The notes below the pieces were generated by a model that saw only the letters and a list, made by a program, of their open reading frames with translations, was not told the DNA's origin and ran no database searches. A program made the translations under genes and the position numbers. Positions 44,066 through 52,839 of a stretch of 64,000 nt of DNA are shown here, in pieces. Source of the stretch: a virus (Duplodnaviria; Heunggongvirae; Uroviricota; Caudoviricetes); IMG/VR virus record IMGVR_UViG_3300021400_000141, positions 128,001 through 192,000 of that record. One strand, written 5' to 3'. How positions within the stretch are numbered: position 1 is the stretch's first letter; every line of letters starts with the position of its first letter.

Positions 44066-46033
44066 ATGCTGAAATCTCTTTTTGAATCATCAATCGACAA
44101 ACTTCATATCCCCGCTGACATGAAGGATGCCATCAAGCAAATCAACAATATCTGCCTCGAAGCGGAAGGTGACGACAAGGAAAAGGACTTGGGTTACACT
44201 CCGTTGGGTGAAGAAGACAAGAAAAAGGCAGACCAAATTAAAGCAGACCAAGAACGCAAAGAAAAAGCGGAAAAGGACAAGCAAAAAGAAATGGAAGCAA
44301 ACGGACTGGAGCCAGAAAATCCCCCCACTTGGAATAACAAAGATTACGACTACAATGTGTTCAAGCCGAATACTTCCCCCAACAGCCAAACAGAAGAAAA
44401 GAAGACAAGTAACCAAGAAGCCGAAAAAGTACCAACCTCTATCGACGATGCAGAAACTGACGACGATATATGGAAAGTCCTTAAAAATCTTCAGCAGAAG
44501 GCAGTAGCGAATAAGGGTACTGCCGAGGGAGAAAAATGGCGTCAGAAATTAGAGGACGAATACTGGAAGGCAACTAATGATAAAGACTTCAAACGTGTCA
44601 AAGGATTTGAATTGACAATTAATAATCCTGAGTACAAAAAAGCAAAGACTGATGACAAGGCTGCTGAAACAAAACCAGCAGAGCAACCTGCCCAAGCAAC
44701 AGGTGAGCAGCCAGCTAAGAACGCTGAAACCAAGACTGCTGAACAGCCTGCTCAAACCACAGGTGCTCAACCAGCACAGAATGCCGAAGGACAACAGGCC
44801 AAACCCGCTGATGGTAAGGCCGCTGAACAGCCTGCTGCCGCACAGCAGAAACCCACCGCTAAGCGTGGAGCTGATGTAGCAACAGTCCAGTATTTCCTGC
44901 AATCAGCCATGCCCAACTCTAATATCGTTGCCGATGGTATTCTAGGACCAAAGACGATAACGGCTATTCAGCAAAAGGAAGATATCGACACAACTGGCAA
45001 AATGGATGAGAATACCCAAAATGCATTCAACAAGCTTCTTGCCGAAGCAAAGAAAAAGGTTATTCCCCTTCAGGAAAAACTTGGCGTAACCGCAGACGGC
45101 CTCATCGGAAAGCAGACGTTGCAAGCAATGGCTAAACAGAACATGCATGTTGCAAACGTATTTAGCAAAGACGTAAAGAACGCAAATACCCCAGCTGGAA
45201 ATACCAACGTAGCAACTAAGAAAGCCGATGTCAATTTGTTGGATACGCCATTCGATGCAGCGAAAGCTGAAAAGGCTTTGGCCAGCAAAGAAATCACGAA
45301 GGCAGAATACAATACATGGAAGGGATTTGGTATATCTCCACAACACCAGAGGGAAAATCCAAAGGAAACCAAAGCCGAATGCATTCGTCTTGCCCACTAT
45401 ACGCCAGCAGAGAGACAGCAAGTAATTCAAGAACGTCTTGCTAAAAACAACCCAAAGACAGAAAAAGCGAAACCAGCAGTAGGTGCAGGAAACAATAAAA
45501 ATGTTGCAGAAGTAGCAGCTAACGTAAAGGGTCCTCAAAATGATGCCGAAAAGAAGTTTTTCAAACAGACAAAGGAAAACTGGACAAAGGTATACACCGA
45601 AAAGTTCAAGAACGACCCATCCCGTGTCGAACCTGCCGCCGAGCAGCAAGCCAGAATTGAGCTTATGAAATACAGGGCCCGTATGGCACAAGCTGCCAGA
45701 CAGAATGCCCAACAGCAAGTTGCACAACAGCAGGGTGGTCAGCAGAACAATCAACAGCAGGTAGCGGCCAACGGCAATACCACGCCAGCACAAAAAGCCG
45801 CTCCGCAACAGAAACAGCCGAAACAAGGAACCCAGTACTATTCTGGAAAGGTGTCATACATAAATCTTCCACCTGATGAAAAGAAGGTTTACGACGAAGC
45901 CGAAAAGAAATACCTCGATGCAAACATGAAATGGGGTGAAAACGAGCAGATGGCACTAGACCAAGCCGCATTGGCCGCAAGCACTGCCGTTCTTAAATAT
46001 AGGGCACAAAAAGGTGGAAACCAAAAAGGCTAA
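44066..46033 (+). CDS. peptidoglycan-binding (PG_binding_1 repeats) late protein with conserved leader
   Basis: VATVQYFL..VADGILGPKT, TGKMDENT, LQEKLGVTADGLIGKQT; leader ..ICLEA. Confidence 0.75.
   Translation: MLKSLFESSIDKLHIPADMKDAIKQINNICLEAEGDDKEKDLGYTPLGEEDKKKADQIKADQERKEKAEKDKQKEMEANGLEPENPPTWNNKDYDYNVFKPNTSPNSQTEEKKTSNQEAEKVPTSIDDAETDDDIWKVLKNLQQKAVANKGTAEGEKWRQKLEDEYWKATNDKDFKRVKGFELTINNPEYKKAKTDDKAAETKPAEQPAQATGEQPAKNAETKTAEQPAQTTGAQPAQNAEGQQAKPADGKAAEQPAAAQQKPTAKRGADVATVQYFLQSAMPNSNIVADGILGPKTITAIQQKEDIDTTGKMDENTQNAFNKLLAEAKKKVIPLQEKLGVTADGLIGKQTLQAMAKQNMHVANVFSKDVKNANTPAGNTNVATKKADVNLLDTPFDAAKAEKALASKEITKAEYNTWKGFGISPQHQRENPKETKAECIRLAHYTPAERQQVIQERLAKNNPKTEKAKPAVGAGNNKNVAEVAANVKGPQNDAEKKFFKQTKENWTKVYTEKFKNDPSRVEPAAEQQARIELMKYRARMAQAARQNAQQQVAQQQGGQQNNQQQVAANGNTTPAQKAAPQQKQPKQGTQYYSGKVSYINLPPDEKKVYDEAEKKYLDANMKWGENEQMALDQAALAASTAVLKYRAQKGGNQKG
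44663..44782. repeat. 60-bp intragenic tandem duplication
   Basis: AETKPAEQPAQATGEQPAKN / AETKTAEQPAQTTGAQPAQN. Confidence 0.8.
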
Positions 46034-46059
46034 TCATCTGAAATAAACCAATTAGAATT

Positions 46060-46087
46060 AACCCACGGTTGAAGCCGTGGGTTTTTT
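46060..46087 (+). terminator. intrinsic terminator
   Basis: AACCCACGG-TTGAAG-CCGTGGGTT plus T-tract. Confidence 0.85.
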
Positions 46088-46107
46088 ATTACACTGCTAG
46101 GCTTGGA

Positions 46108-46116
46108 TATAAACTA
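46108..46116 (+). promoter_or_regulatory. late promoter TATAAACTA
   Basis: Exact motif. Confidence 0.75.
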
Positions 46117-46147
46117 TAGTCAGAATTCATGATTGAGCCTACCGACT

Positions 46148-46861
46148 ATGACTTTATTTGAAGCAAGCATTCATAAATTGGACATTCCTAAATGTGTCAT
46201 GGATGATATTGTGGCTATACGGAATATCTGTATGGAAGCCGAGGCTCCTGCACAGCCACAGGCGGCCCAGCCTGCACAACAACCGAAGCAACAGACTCAA
46301 CCACAGCCTCAGCAGAATGCCGCCCCGCAACAACCGCAACAGCAACCGCAACCTCAACAGAATACACAGGCACAAGCTGGTGCAGAGCAAGCACAAGGAG
46401 AGCAGCCTGCAAAAGAACCCCCTCAGGAACAAGCTCAACAGCAGACACCTCAGGACAACAAGCAGGCCAATCAACAAGATGACGGAAACATAACAGAGGA
46501 CAAAGTAGATAAGAACAAACTCTTGAAAGCGTTTAATAACTATCTAGCTGCATGCAAGCAGAAACTACAAAAGAAGATAGAAAACGAATTCCCTGAGCAC
46601 GGCAAGACCATAATGGGAAAAGTTATACAGGCTGCCAATGAGAATTCCCCACTAGACTTCAATACTGAAATCGCCTCGTTCCTTACACAAAACGGCAAGG
46701 TTATAACTGATAAAAATGTCCTGAACGATATACGTGGAAGGCTAGAAAAATACTTCGGCGTTAAATTCAAGGCTGGTCAGCCAACCGCACAGGAACAGAA
46801 ACCGCAAGGCAAGCCGAACGGAGAACAAGCTCCTCAGGAACAGGCTCAGCCAGCCAAATAA
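46148..46861 (+). CDS. Gln/Pro-rich late protein with conserved leader
   Basis: MTLFEASIHKLDIPKCVMDDIVAIRNICMEA. Confidence 0.75.
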   Translation: MTLFEASIHKLDIPKCVMDDIVAIRNICMEAEAPAQPQAAQPAQQPKQQTQPQPQQNAAPQQPQQQPQPQQNTQAQAGAEQAQGEQPAKEPPQEQAQQQTPQDNKQANQQDDGNITEDKVDKNKLLKAFNNYLAACKQKLQKKIENEFPEHGKTIMGKVIQAANENSPLDFNTEIASFLTQNGKVITDKNVLNDIRGRLEKYFGVKFKAGQPTAQEQKPQGKPNGEQAPQEQAQPAK

Positions 46862-46862
46862 A

Positions 46863-47369
46863 TCAAGAAACCAATTCACTAACTAACGCATCTACATCCA
46901 AGTCAGATGCGTTATATTTATTTATGTAGACGCTGTTGAACAGTTTCATCGTTACCTTGTTCAGCAACATTGCCAACGCCTTCTTTTCGTCCTCAGTCAT
47001 CTGATAAGTTGACATCAGTATGCAATTCTGGTCCCTGTTTACACTGGGATTAACCAAGGTGACATCAATGTCTTCACCAGGGGTGAACCCTGCCTTTTCA
47101 TACATATGCTTGGCGATGGCGTTTTTCTTCTCTACCGTAAGGCAGTTGATATAGAACTGGTCCATCAGCATTTCAAGCATACGGGTTCCGATGCCCTGAC
47201 CACGTTCAGTATCCTTCACTGCAAAATCACAAAGGAAATTGGCATCGCCAGACTTGACAACCAACGCCTTGGCAACGCCAGTTTCGCCCTTTTTCGCATA
47301 AGCTGGATAGGCTATAATGCGGTACACATTTTCCATTGGCTGTTTTATTGAGAATTGTAGGTCGAGCAT
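46863..47369 (-). CDS. GNAT acetyltransferase
   Basis: FAVKDTERGQGIGTRML...NAIAKHMYEKAGF. Confidence 0.85.
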   Translation of the reverse strand: MLDLQFSIKQPMENVYRIIAYPAYAKKGETGVAKALVVKSGDANFLCDFAVKDTERGQGIGTRMLEMLMDQFYINCLTVEKKNAIAKHMYEKAGFTPGEDIDVTLVNPSVNRDQNCILMSTYQMTEDEKKALAMLLNKVTMKLFNSVYINKYNASDLDVDALVSELVS

Positions 47370-47392
47370 GTTAAAATCACCTTTTCAAAATA

Positions 47393-47401
47393 TAGTTTAT
47401 A
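47393..47401 (-). promoter_or_regulatory. late promoter TATAAACTA
   Basis: Exact motif about 24 nt upstream of the GNAT. Confidence 0.7.
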
Positions 47402-47459
47402 GCAGGGCCTAACCAACTTGCCTATGGTATCTAAATATATCTACTTCGCTGCGAACAAC

Positions 47460-47888
47460 ATGATAGAGCATCCTCTTTACATGAAGAGCTTTATCCTCGG
47501 TGAAACGGGCAACATACTTGAACGCCAGCACCAGTACAATGTAATGCAGAAGGGTATCCAGCAGATACCTACGGGTACGCTTACCTCGGTAGATGGTCAG
47601 GATGGCCTTATTTTCCCGTTTGTAGATTACTTTAAGCTCACACTGAACACGGTTTCGAACGCAAAGAACCGTCACGACACATATCTACACGATATCATCC
47701 TACACGAGCGCCCGTTCAAGGACTTGGTGTACCACGTAAAGGATAAACTACTGATGAACACAAAAGAAGCATTTGCGTTCTATAACACAAGCGACTTCAT
47801 CAGGGACATCGAACGGATTAAGGAATTCCTTATAGAGAACCTGACGAGCTTCGGTCACTATGCTGTTATGGAGCACTTGTTCACGTAA
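47460..47888 (+). CDS. hypothetical protein
   Basis: ORF with phage codon usage; ILGETGNILERQHQY weakly resembles GIY-YIG/T5orf172 motifs. Confidence 0.6.
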   Translation: MIEHPLYMKSFILGETGNILERQHQYNVMQKGIQQIPTGTLTSVDGQDGLIFPFVDYFKLTLNTVSNAKNRHDTYLHDIILHERPFKDLVYHVKDKLLMNTKEAFAFYNTSDFIRDIERIKEFLIENLTSFGHYAVMEHLFT

Positions 47889-47895
47889 GGTTAAC

Positions 47896-48357
47896 ATGGA
47901 AGTAGAACTACATACCACCGCAGAGGTCAAGAAACTCCTCTCCAATATGGACATCATCAAACGGTTTCCGATGATTTGCTATGACAAGGATGAAAGCCGC
48001 ATCGAAGGAAAGACTGCGGAAGAAATCATGGATGAAGCAAAGACCATGAACTACACGGGTGAGTGGATGGTGTTCACCAGCATGGGAGTAATCGTCGGAC
48101 TTGCCTGTGCAGAAATCGAAGATAAAAAGACACGCAACCTATACCTGAAGGAATTTGAGGTTGCGACCGATGCACAGGGAAATGGTTTCTCAAACATAAT
48201 GCTGGACTACGTGTTCAAGTACGCTAGAAAGCACGACTGTCAGTACATAACCCTGATGGCATTTGACGACAATGCGTTCGAATACTGGAAGCATCAGGGG
48301 TTTAGTGTATCACCGAAGACAACACCACGACTACGTCTATTGTTCAAGAAAGTTTAG
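47896..48357 (+). CDS. GNAT acetyltransferase
   Basis: LYLKEFEVATDAQGNGFS...NAFEYWKHQGF. Confidence 0.85.
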   Translation: MEVELHTTAEVKKLLSNMDIIKRFPMICYDKDESRIEGKTAEEIMDEAKTMNYTGEWMVFTSMGVIVGLACAEIEDKKTRNLYLKEFEVATDAQGNGFSNIMLDYVFKYARKHDCQYITLMAFDDNAFEYWKHQGFSVSPKTTPRLRLLFKKV

Positions 48358-48530
48358 TCCCAACTGGCACATTCGATAACAGCTTCGGCAATATCCCAAG
48401 CGTCCATCTCTTCAAGCTCGTCTTCTGGGGTCCACGCATAGAAGTCCTCGACAAAAGGCATCACCTCTTCCCGAGTTTTCGTGTTTTCCAACTTTTGCAG
48501 GATGATATCGACTACATCTTCCTTGTCCAT
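48354..48530 (-). CDS. small acidic hypothetical protein (58 aa)
   Basis: Hand translation MDKEDVVDIILQKLENTKTREEVMPFVEDFYAWTPEDELEEMDAWDIAEAVIECASWD*; AGGAG SD. Confidence 0.65.
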   Translation of the reverse strand: MDKEDVVDIILQKLENTKTREEVMPFVEDFYAWTPEDELEEMDAWDIAEAVIECASWD

Positions 48531-48542
48531 ATTTATTTTCTC

Positions 48543-48953
48543 CTAGCGGATAGGAAATAGGTCTTTTTCTTTAACCCAATATTTTATTGGGATATTGTCA
48601 CAAAGCAAACTTTCCGTGCTGATAAAGTGCCACCTCTCCTTGATACAGACAAGGTATTCTACCTCATGCTCCATAAGGATTGGGCAGATATGATTGTCTA
48701 CAACATCATCATCACTAAGCGGCTTTGTAAACCAATGCGTAAAGTTCATTGTAGAGAACTTTACCAACGGAGCGTCGGAAGCAATACCGACAACATGATA
48801 ACTATCACCATTGAACGTAAAAAGATAGAGCCCACCACTACCCAAAATATTCGGTACATTCAGGGTATCTGCATCTGGATGCAAAGGAACCCATTTGTAT
48901 GGATTACCTGGTTTTTCAAGGATAAGGGGAAACTCAATCTTCGGTACTATCAT
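48543..48953 (-). CDS. hypothetical protein
   Basis: Operon-packed ORF with SD. Confidence 0.65.
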   Translation of the reverse strand: MIVPKIEFPLILEKPGNPYKWVPLHPDADTLNVPNILGSGGLYLFTFNGDSYHVVGIASDAPLVKFSTMNFTHWFTKPLSDDDVVDNHICPILMEHEVEYLVCIKERWHFISTESLLCDNIPIKYWVKEKDLFPIR

Positions 48954-48964
48954 TGGTAACCTTC

Positions 48965-49378
48965 CTACTCATCCGAGTTAATCGACTTTATACACTCCAC
49001 GATGAACTTACCGTATTCATCCTGTATGGCAGCAGCGTCATTTGGATGGAGCCGCTTACGTCCAGTCAAAAATCCCCAACCACGAATATCAAGTTCAATT
49101 TCCTGCCCGTCTGCCTTGAATTTAACGACTGAATCCAACTGGCTTCCCTCATAGACAGGATGCCCGAACGACATCTTAGGAGGAAGTGCAGTACCGTTCA
49201 GCACAGCGTTCATTGCCGCAGCAATTGCCTGAAAATGAGCATCAGCTGAACCATTGAATGCAGCTTCTGACTTAGAATTCGTCGTGCGGTTGCCAGTAGA
49301 ATCCCATATTGTATCAACGCAGATGGCGTCGTTATGGAACGGGGGAATAAAGTATTTTGTCCAGTTTGCGTTATTCAT
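48965..49378 (-). CDS. hypothetical protein (leaderless early gene)
   Basis: DIRGWGFLTG motif; ATG 7 nt after the -10 box. Confidence 0.7.
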   Translation of the reverse strand: MNNANWTKYFIPPFHNDAICVDTIWDSTGNRTTNSKSEAAFNGSADAHFQAIAAAMNAVLNGTALPPKMSFGHPVYEGSQLDSVVKFKADGQEIELDIRGWGFLTGRKRLHPNDAAAIQDEYGKFIVECIKSINSDE

Positions 49379-49385
49379 GACAGCA

Positions 49386-49414
49386 AATTTAACAAAAAAG
49401 AATACGGATGTCAA
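49386..49414 (-). promoter_or_regulatory. sigma70-type promoter
   Basis: TTGACA-17nt-TAAATT. Confidence 0.75.
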
Positions 49415-49421
49415 GATATTC

Positions 49422-49658
49422 CTAGTTAAAAACTACTTTTTCCAATGCTTTTTTCACATTTGGCTTTTTAAGGCCACGGGCATACTGTTTCAGGTAGACT
49501 AACATTTCGTCTTCCTCGGGGAAGAATATATCTCGCTTCTGAGCGAGCCATCCAAGGAAGTTCGACATAAACTGACCAAAGCGCCAGTCAGGAAATTTTT
49601 CCTGATGAACCTTTTTCAACTGGGCATAGAACGTTTCGAGTCTTTCGGGGTCTCTCAT
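49422..49658 (-). CDS. conserved small phage protein (MRDPERL...PDWRFGQ type)
   Basis: Motif MRDP..I/L...PDWRFGQ...DIFF.E.D commonly seen in phage ORFs. Confidence 0.75.
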   Translation of the reverse strand: MRDPERLETFYAQLKKVHQEKFPDWRFGQFMSNFLGWLAQKRDIFFPEEDEMLVYLKQYARGLKKPNVKKALEKVVFN

Positions 49659-49667
49659 AATTTCCTC

Positions 49668-50627
49668 TTACTCTGCCTTTACGTGTTTAAAACCAAGTTC
49701 CTTGGCTTCCTTTACGGTAATCGTGTCGCCATCCTGATACGCTTTCTTCTGTCCTTCTTCATTCAGTTCGCCGCTTTTGAAGGTAGAAGCAGGGACAGGA
49801 TTGCCAGGATGGAAGGTGTACATACAATCGCCGATACCTTCTTCAGGACCCGTAATCAAAATCGTAAAGTCAACTCGTTCACGCTTATCCGTCTTCATGC
49901 ACAAAGACAAGAAACCCGTTTTCTTGAAGTCGTTAAAATAGCAGAGAGCATCATCAGGGAATTTGTCGATATCCAGCATGCCATGATAGCCAGGAATATC
50001 TTCCGTAAAAAACGCTTTGCAACAAGGAGACAGCACACCGTTCGTATCAATCCACGGAGACCAATTTGCAGACATCAGTTTGGCTTCCATTTCCTCAACA
50101 GTTTCACAGTCAGTGGTAGAACCGATGCCATTCTTCAATCTCTGTTGGAGACACTTTTCAAAGTAATCAGGCATCTTCGCTTTAGTCTTCTGAATACAGT
50201 TTTTCACGTATTCATTAACTCTGTTCGCATCAATAGCTTTGTCGTATTCTTCCTTAGCCACAATAAAAGCATCAACCAGCTTCGGCAATCTCTCGTAGAA
50301 TTCATCAGCAGACTGACATTCATCCATCTGATGAGCATACTTAGTAAAGACTGGGGCACCACCTGGACCAATAGAAAGTCTTGAAATTAGAATACGATTT
50401 GTAGGAAGATGATACATGCCAACACAGTATGTATCATCGTCAATAAACTTTATGTACGCAATACCCCAATCAAGCGTTGGCTTGTCATCCTTCATGAACG
50501 CCCATCTTGTCAATTTCGGGGTAATACCGAATTCAATCAATCGGCTAACCATTCCAGTACGGTTCATCTTATCCTGAACCAACTTTCGCGCTTCTTGTAT
50601 TGCCAAGCCTTCGTATTCGTCATTCAT
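49668..50627 (-). CDS. hypothetical protein
   Basis: 319-aa ORF, YTFHPG motif. Confidence 0.75.
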   Translation of the reverse strand: MNDEYEGLAIQEARKLVQDKMNRTGMVSRLIEFGITPKLTRWAFMKDDKPTLDWGIAYIKFIDDDTYCVGMYHLPTNRILISRLSIGPGGAPVFTKYAHQMDECQSADEFYERLPKLVDAFIVAKEEYDKAIDANRVNEYVKNCIQKTKAKMPDYFEKCLQQRLKNGIGSTTDCETVEEMEAKLMSANWSPWIDTNGVLSPCCKAFFTEDIPGYHGMLDIDKFPDDALCYFNDFKKTGFLSLCMKTDKRERVDFTILITGPEEGIGDCMYTFHPGNPVPASTFKSGELNEEGQKKAYQDGDTITVKEAKELGFKHVKAE

Positions 50628-50642
50628 AATAACCCCTTGATG

Positions 50643-50777
50643 TCATCTAGTAAAGATGTGACTAAGGTACGGGCACAGAATTACCGTGTCCTTAGGAATG
50701 CTAGCGCAAAGATTCTTTAACCCTTGCTCAATATTCCCGTTTGCATTCGGGAGTGGTTTTATATCTATTACTGGCAT
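50643..50777 (-). CDS. 44-aa putative leaderless ORF
   Basis: MPVIDIKPLPNANGNIEQGLKNLCASIPKDTVILCPYLSHIFTR*; ATG 6 nt after the -10 box. Confidence 0.45.
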   Translation of the reverse strand: MPVIDIKPLPNANGNIEQGLKNLCASIPKDTVILCPYLSHIFTR

Positions 50778-50783
50778 ACCCAT

Positions 50784-50812
50784 AAAATAGACTTTTATTA
50801 TATCTTTGTCAA
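50784..50812 (-). promoter_or_regulatory. sigma70-type promoter
   Basis: TTGACA-17nt-TATTTT. Confidence 0.7.
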
Positions 50813-50829
50813 GAGGTCAATACGGGAGG

Positions 50830-51033
50830 CTAATCATCAAACTGGGTAGCTCCTTTCAACGGCTTTCCGCACATGGGGCAACACTTGATGGCTACGCCTA
50901 CCCATTCACCATTGTCAGTGTAGACAGAGAGGTAGTTGTCTTCGTCAATAAAAGCTTCAGCCTTACCATTGTCATTGAACAAGGGAAAACGCTCGGCTTC
51001 TTCGTTTGTTTCGTGGTCGCAGTATTTACACAT
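50830..51033 (-). CDS. small Zn-ribbon protein
   Basis: MCKYC...IKCCPMCGKPL. Confidence 0.75.
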   Translation of the reverse strand: MCKYCDHETNEEAERFPLFNDNGKAEAFIDEDNYLSVYTDNGEWVGVAIKCCPMCGKPLKGATQFDD

Positions 51034-51038
51034 AAGCG

Positions 51039-51275
51039 TTAAAAGAAGATGAATTTAATACAGGCTGCCATAGCGATGCCAATCATCAGCATCACTGGAA
51101 CCATGAAGATTACAAGCCAAACAATGATACGCACATTGAAGGTGTTCGCCTCGATGTTGTACAGCTTAAAGTCAGCCATCAGGCGGAGGATTTGGTTGAT
51201 AATGAAAATACCAATCTTCTCGAAGATATTCTGATAGTCAGAAATGTTGTTTCTTTTGTATCTAGCGATAATCAT
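51039..51275 (-). CDS. small membrane protein
   Basis: C-terminal hydrophobic stretch IIVWLVIFMVPVMLMIGIAMAACI; true start may be the internal MADFK. Confidence 0.5.
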   Translation of the reverse strand: MIIARYKRNNISDYQNIFEKIGIFIINQILRLMADFKLYNIEANTFNVRIIVWLVIFMVPVMLMIGIAMAACIKFIFF

Positions 51276-51277
51276 AC

Positions 51278-51706
51278 TTATCCCTCGAACGCAACGTATT
51301 TAAGTTTGTACTTGGTGACAGTTTTCTTTCCATTCTGCTCTACTGGAATTCCCTCGCCGACAGGAAAGATTTTCAGGTTTTTAAGCCCGTAGCTTTCACA
51401 AATGTTCATCAGCTTCTTGCCGAACTTATTGGATTCGCACTTGAAGGTCATCACCAGCTTGCCATCGACATTTTTCGCATCGACGCAATGACCCATGACC
51501 TGGTCTTCCCAAACAACATTGAGAGGAACTTTCTTTATTTGGCGTTCAATCGGGTTGAACTCCTGAATGATGAACCTCTGGTTACGATTGACTTGGTCAA
51601 CAATTTGGTCAACAGTATCGACGGTATACCAGTTGCCGTCCTGTGTCGGATGGTTAGTGTCGATTACTTCGGCAGGAAACTGGTAGTCAACTTTAATCCT
51701 TGGCAT
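51278..51706 (-). CDS. catalytically degenerate prohead protease (gp21)-like protein
   Basis: DGNWY...IQEFNP...VMGHC...FGKKL...IFPVGEG parallels gp21 NxxxY/GELNHP/GVSSRGLG, with His and Ser lost; GGAGG SD. Confidence 0.5.
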   Translation of the reverse strand: MPRIKVDYQFPAEVIDTNHPTQDGNWYTVDTVDQIVDQVNRNQRFIIQEFNPIERQIKKVPLNVVWEDQVMGHCVDAKNVDGKLVMTFKCESNKFGKKLMNICESYGLKNLKIFPVGEGIPVEQNGKKTVTKYKLKYVAFEG

Positions 51707-51995
51707 TCTTAACCTCCTTGACGAAATCGGGGCCGCACAATACTTCAAGACTTCTTTCCATAATTATCATACGGCGCTGGAAGTAGTCGCTTACATTACG
51801 AAGGAACAGTCTGACCTGCTGTCCGCATTCCTTCTTGTTGATTACGTCAATCACGTCGCCATAAGCCCGACGACAAAACTTGAATTCATCTTGCAGGCGT
51901 TTCTTGTTTCCTACAAGGTTATCATACACTTTTCTCTGTTCGTCAGTAAAGGACTTTATAATCTTTTCTCTAAGTTCAGGTGTAATCTCGGCCAT
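51693..51995 (-). CDS. hypothetical protein
   Basis: Operon-packed, GAGG SD. Confidence 0.7.
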   Translation of the reverse strand: MAEITPELREKIIKSFTDEQRKVYDNLVGNKKRLQDEFKFCRRAYGDVIDVINKKECGQQVRLFLRNVSDYFQRRMIIMERSLEVLCGPDFVKEVKNAKD

Positions 51996-51996
51996 G

Positions 51997-52839
51997 TTAT
52001 ACCTCGTAGTTTTCCAATAGATATCTATGTGCAGTTACCGCATTCCTTAACGCTTCTATGAACGTAGCGTGTCCATACTTCGCCTTTGGTCTCTCGTGAT
52101 GAATATGCGTTATGCCAGTCCTAGGAACGCCAAGTCCTGCCAGGATTATCTCCTTGTCATAGAAGCATTCCACACCAAGGAAACCATCCTCTCCTCCCCA
52201 GCATCCGCTGAAAATGGGAGAAAATACACAGTTGTAACCGTAGAGCGTGCTGTTAATCTTGATTAGACGCTCGATGGCGGCCTTGTTCATTCCGATGTTG
52301 CATGACCATAGAACAGCCGAATCCAGAACAGGAGCTTCCTCGTCTATATTAGTAAACGGGTCTCGGAAGATGTTCCTGTACTTGTTATGCTCCCTCTGGT
52401 CGGTGTAGCCGAAGCCGAAGTCGTCTCGTCTTCCGCAAAGGACAATGGGCTTGTCACCAGACAAGTATTCGTCATATCCCTTGATGATGTCCCCTTCTGG
52501 CAAGCAATCACCATCGATAAACACCAGTTTGTCGCAACCATCCGCCAAAGCTTCCTTTATGCAGATGTTGCGGCAATATCCAGCAAGGAAATAATCGACA
52601 TCAGGCGTCATCATTGGCCTGTACACGTTGTCTGGAACCTTGTCGTTGAATAACAGTTTCGAGAAGCTCTTACAGGAATGTTTCTCCATTATGGCAGTAG
52701 CCTCTTCCTGTAGTTTCTTTGGTTCACGGTCAAGCATGTAGTAGAGACGGTCAGGCTTCACCGTCATTTCATCTACCTTGCACAACATCTGGTCCATGTA
52801 AGGAACCTGATTCTTGCTTATGATGATAAGACCTATCAT
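51997..52839 (-). CDS. GT2/GT7-like glycosyltransferase
   Basis: AGYCRN, FIDGDCLP (DxD), WSCNIGM, WGGED, HIHH. Confidence 0.85.
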   Translation of the reverse strand: MIGLIIISKNQVPYMDQMLCKVDEMTVKPDRLYYMLDREPKKLQEEATAIMEKHSCKSFSKLLFNDKVPDNVYRPMMTPDVDYFLAGYCRNICIKEALADGCDKLVFIDGDCLPEGDIIKGYDEYLSGDKPIVLCGRRDDFGFGYTDQREHNKYRNIFRDPFTNIDEEAPVLDSAVLWSCNIGMNKAAIERLIKINSTLYGYNCVFSPIFSGCWGGEDGFLGVECFYDKEIILAGLGVPRTGITHIHHERPKAKYGHATFIEALRNAVTAHRYLLENYEV

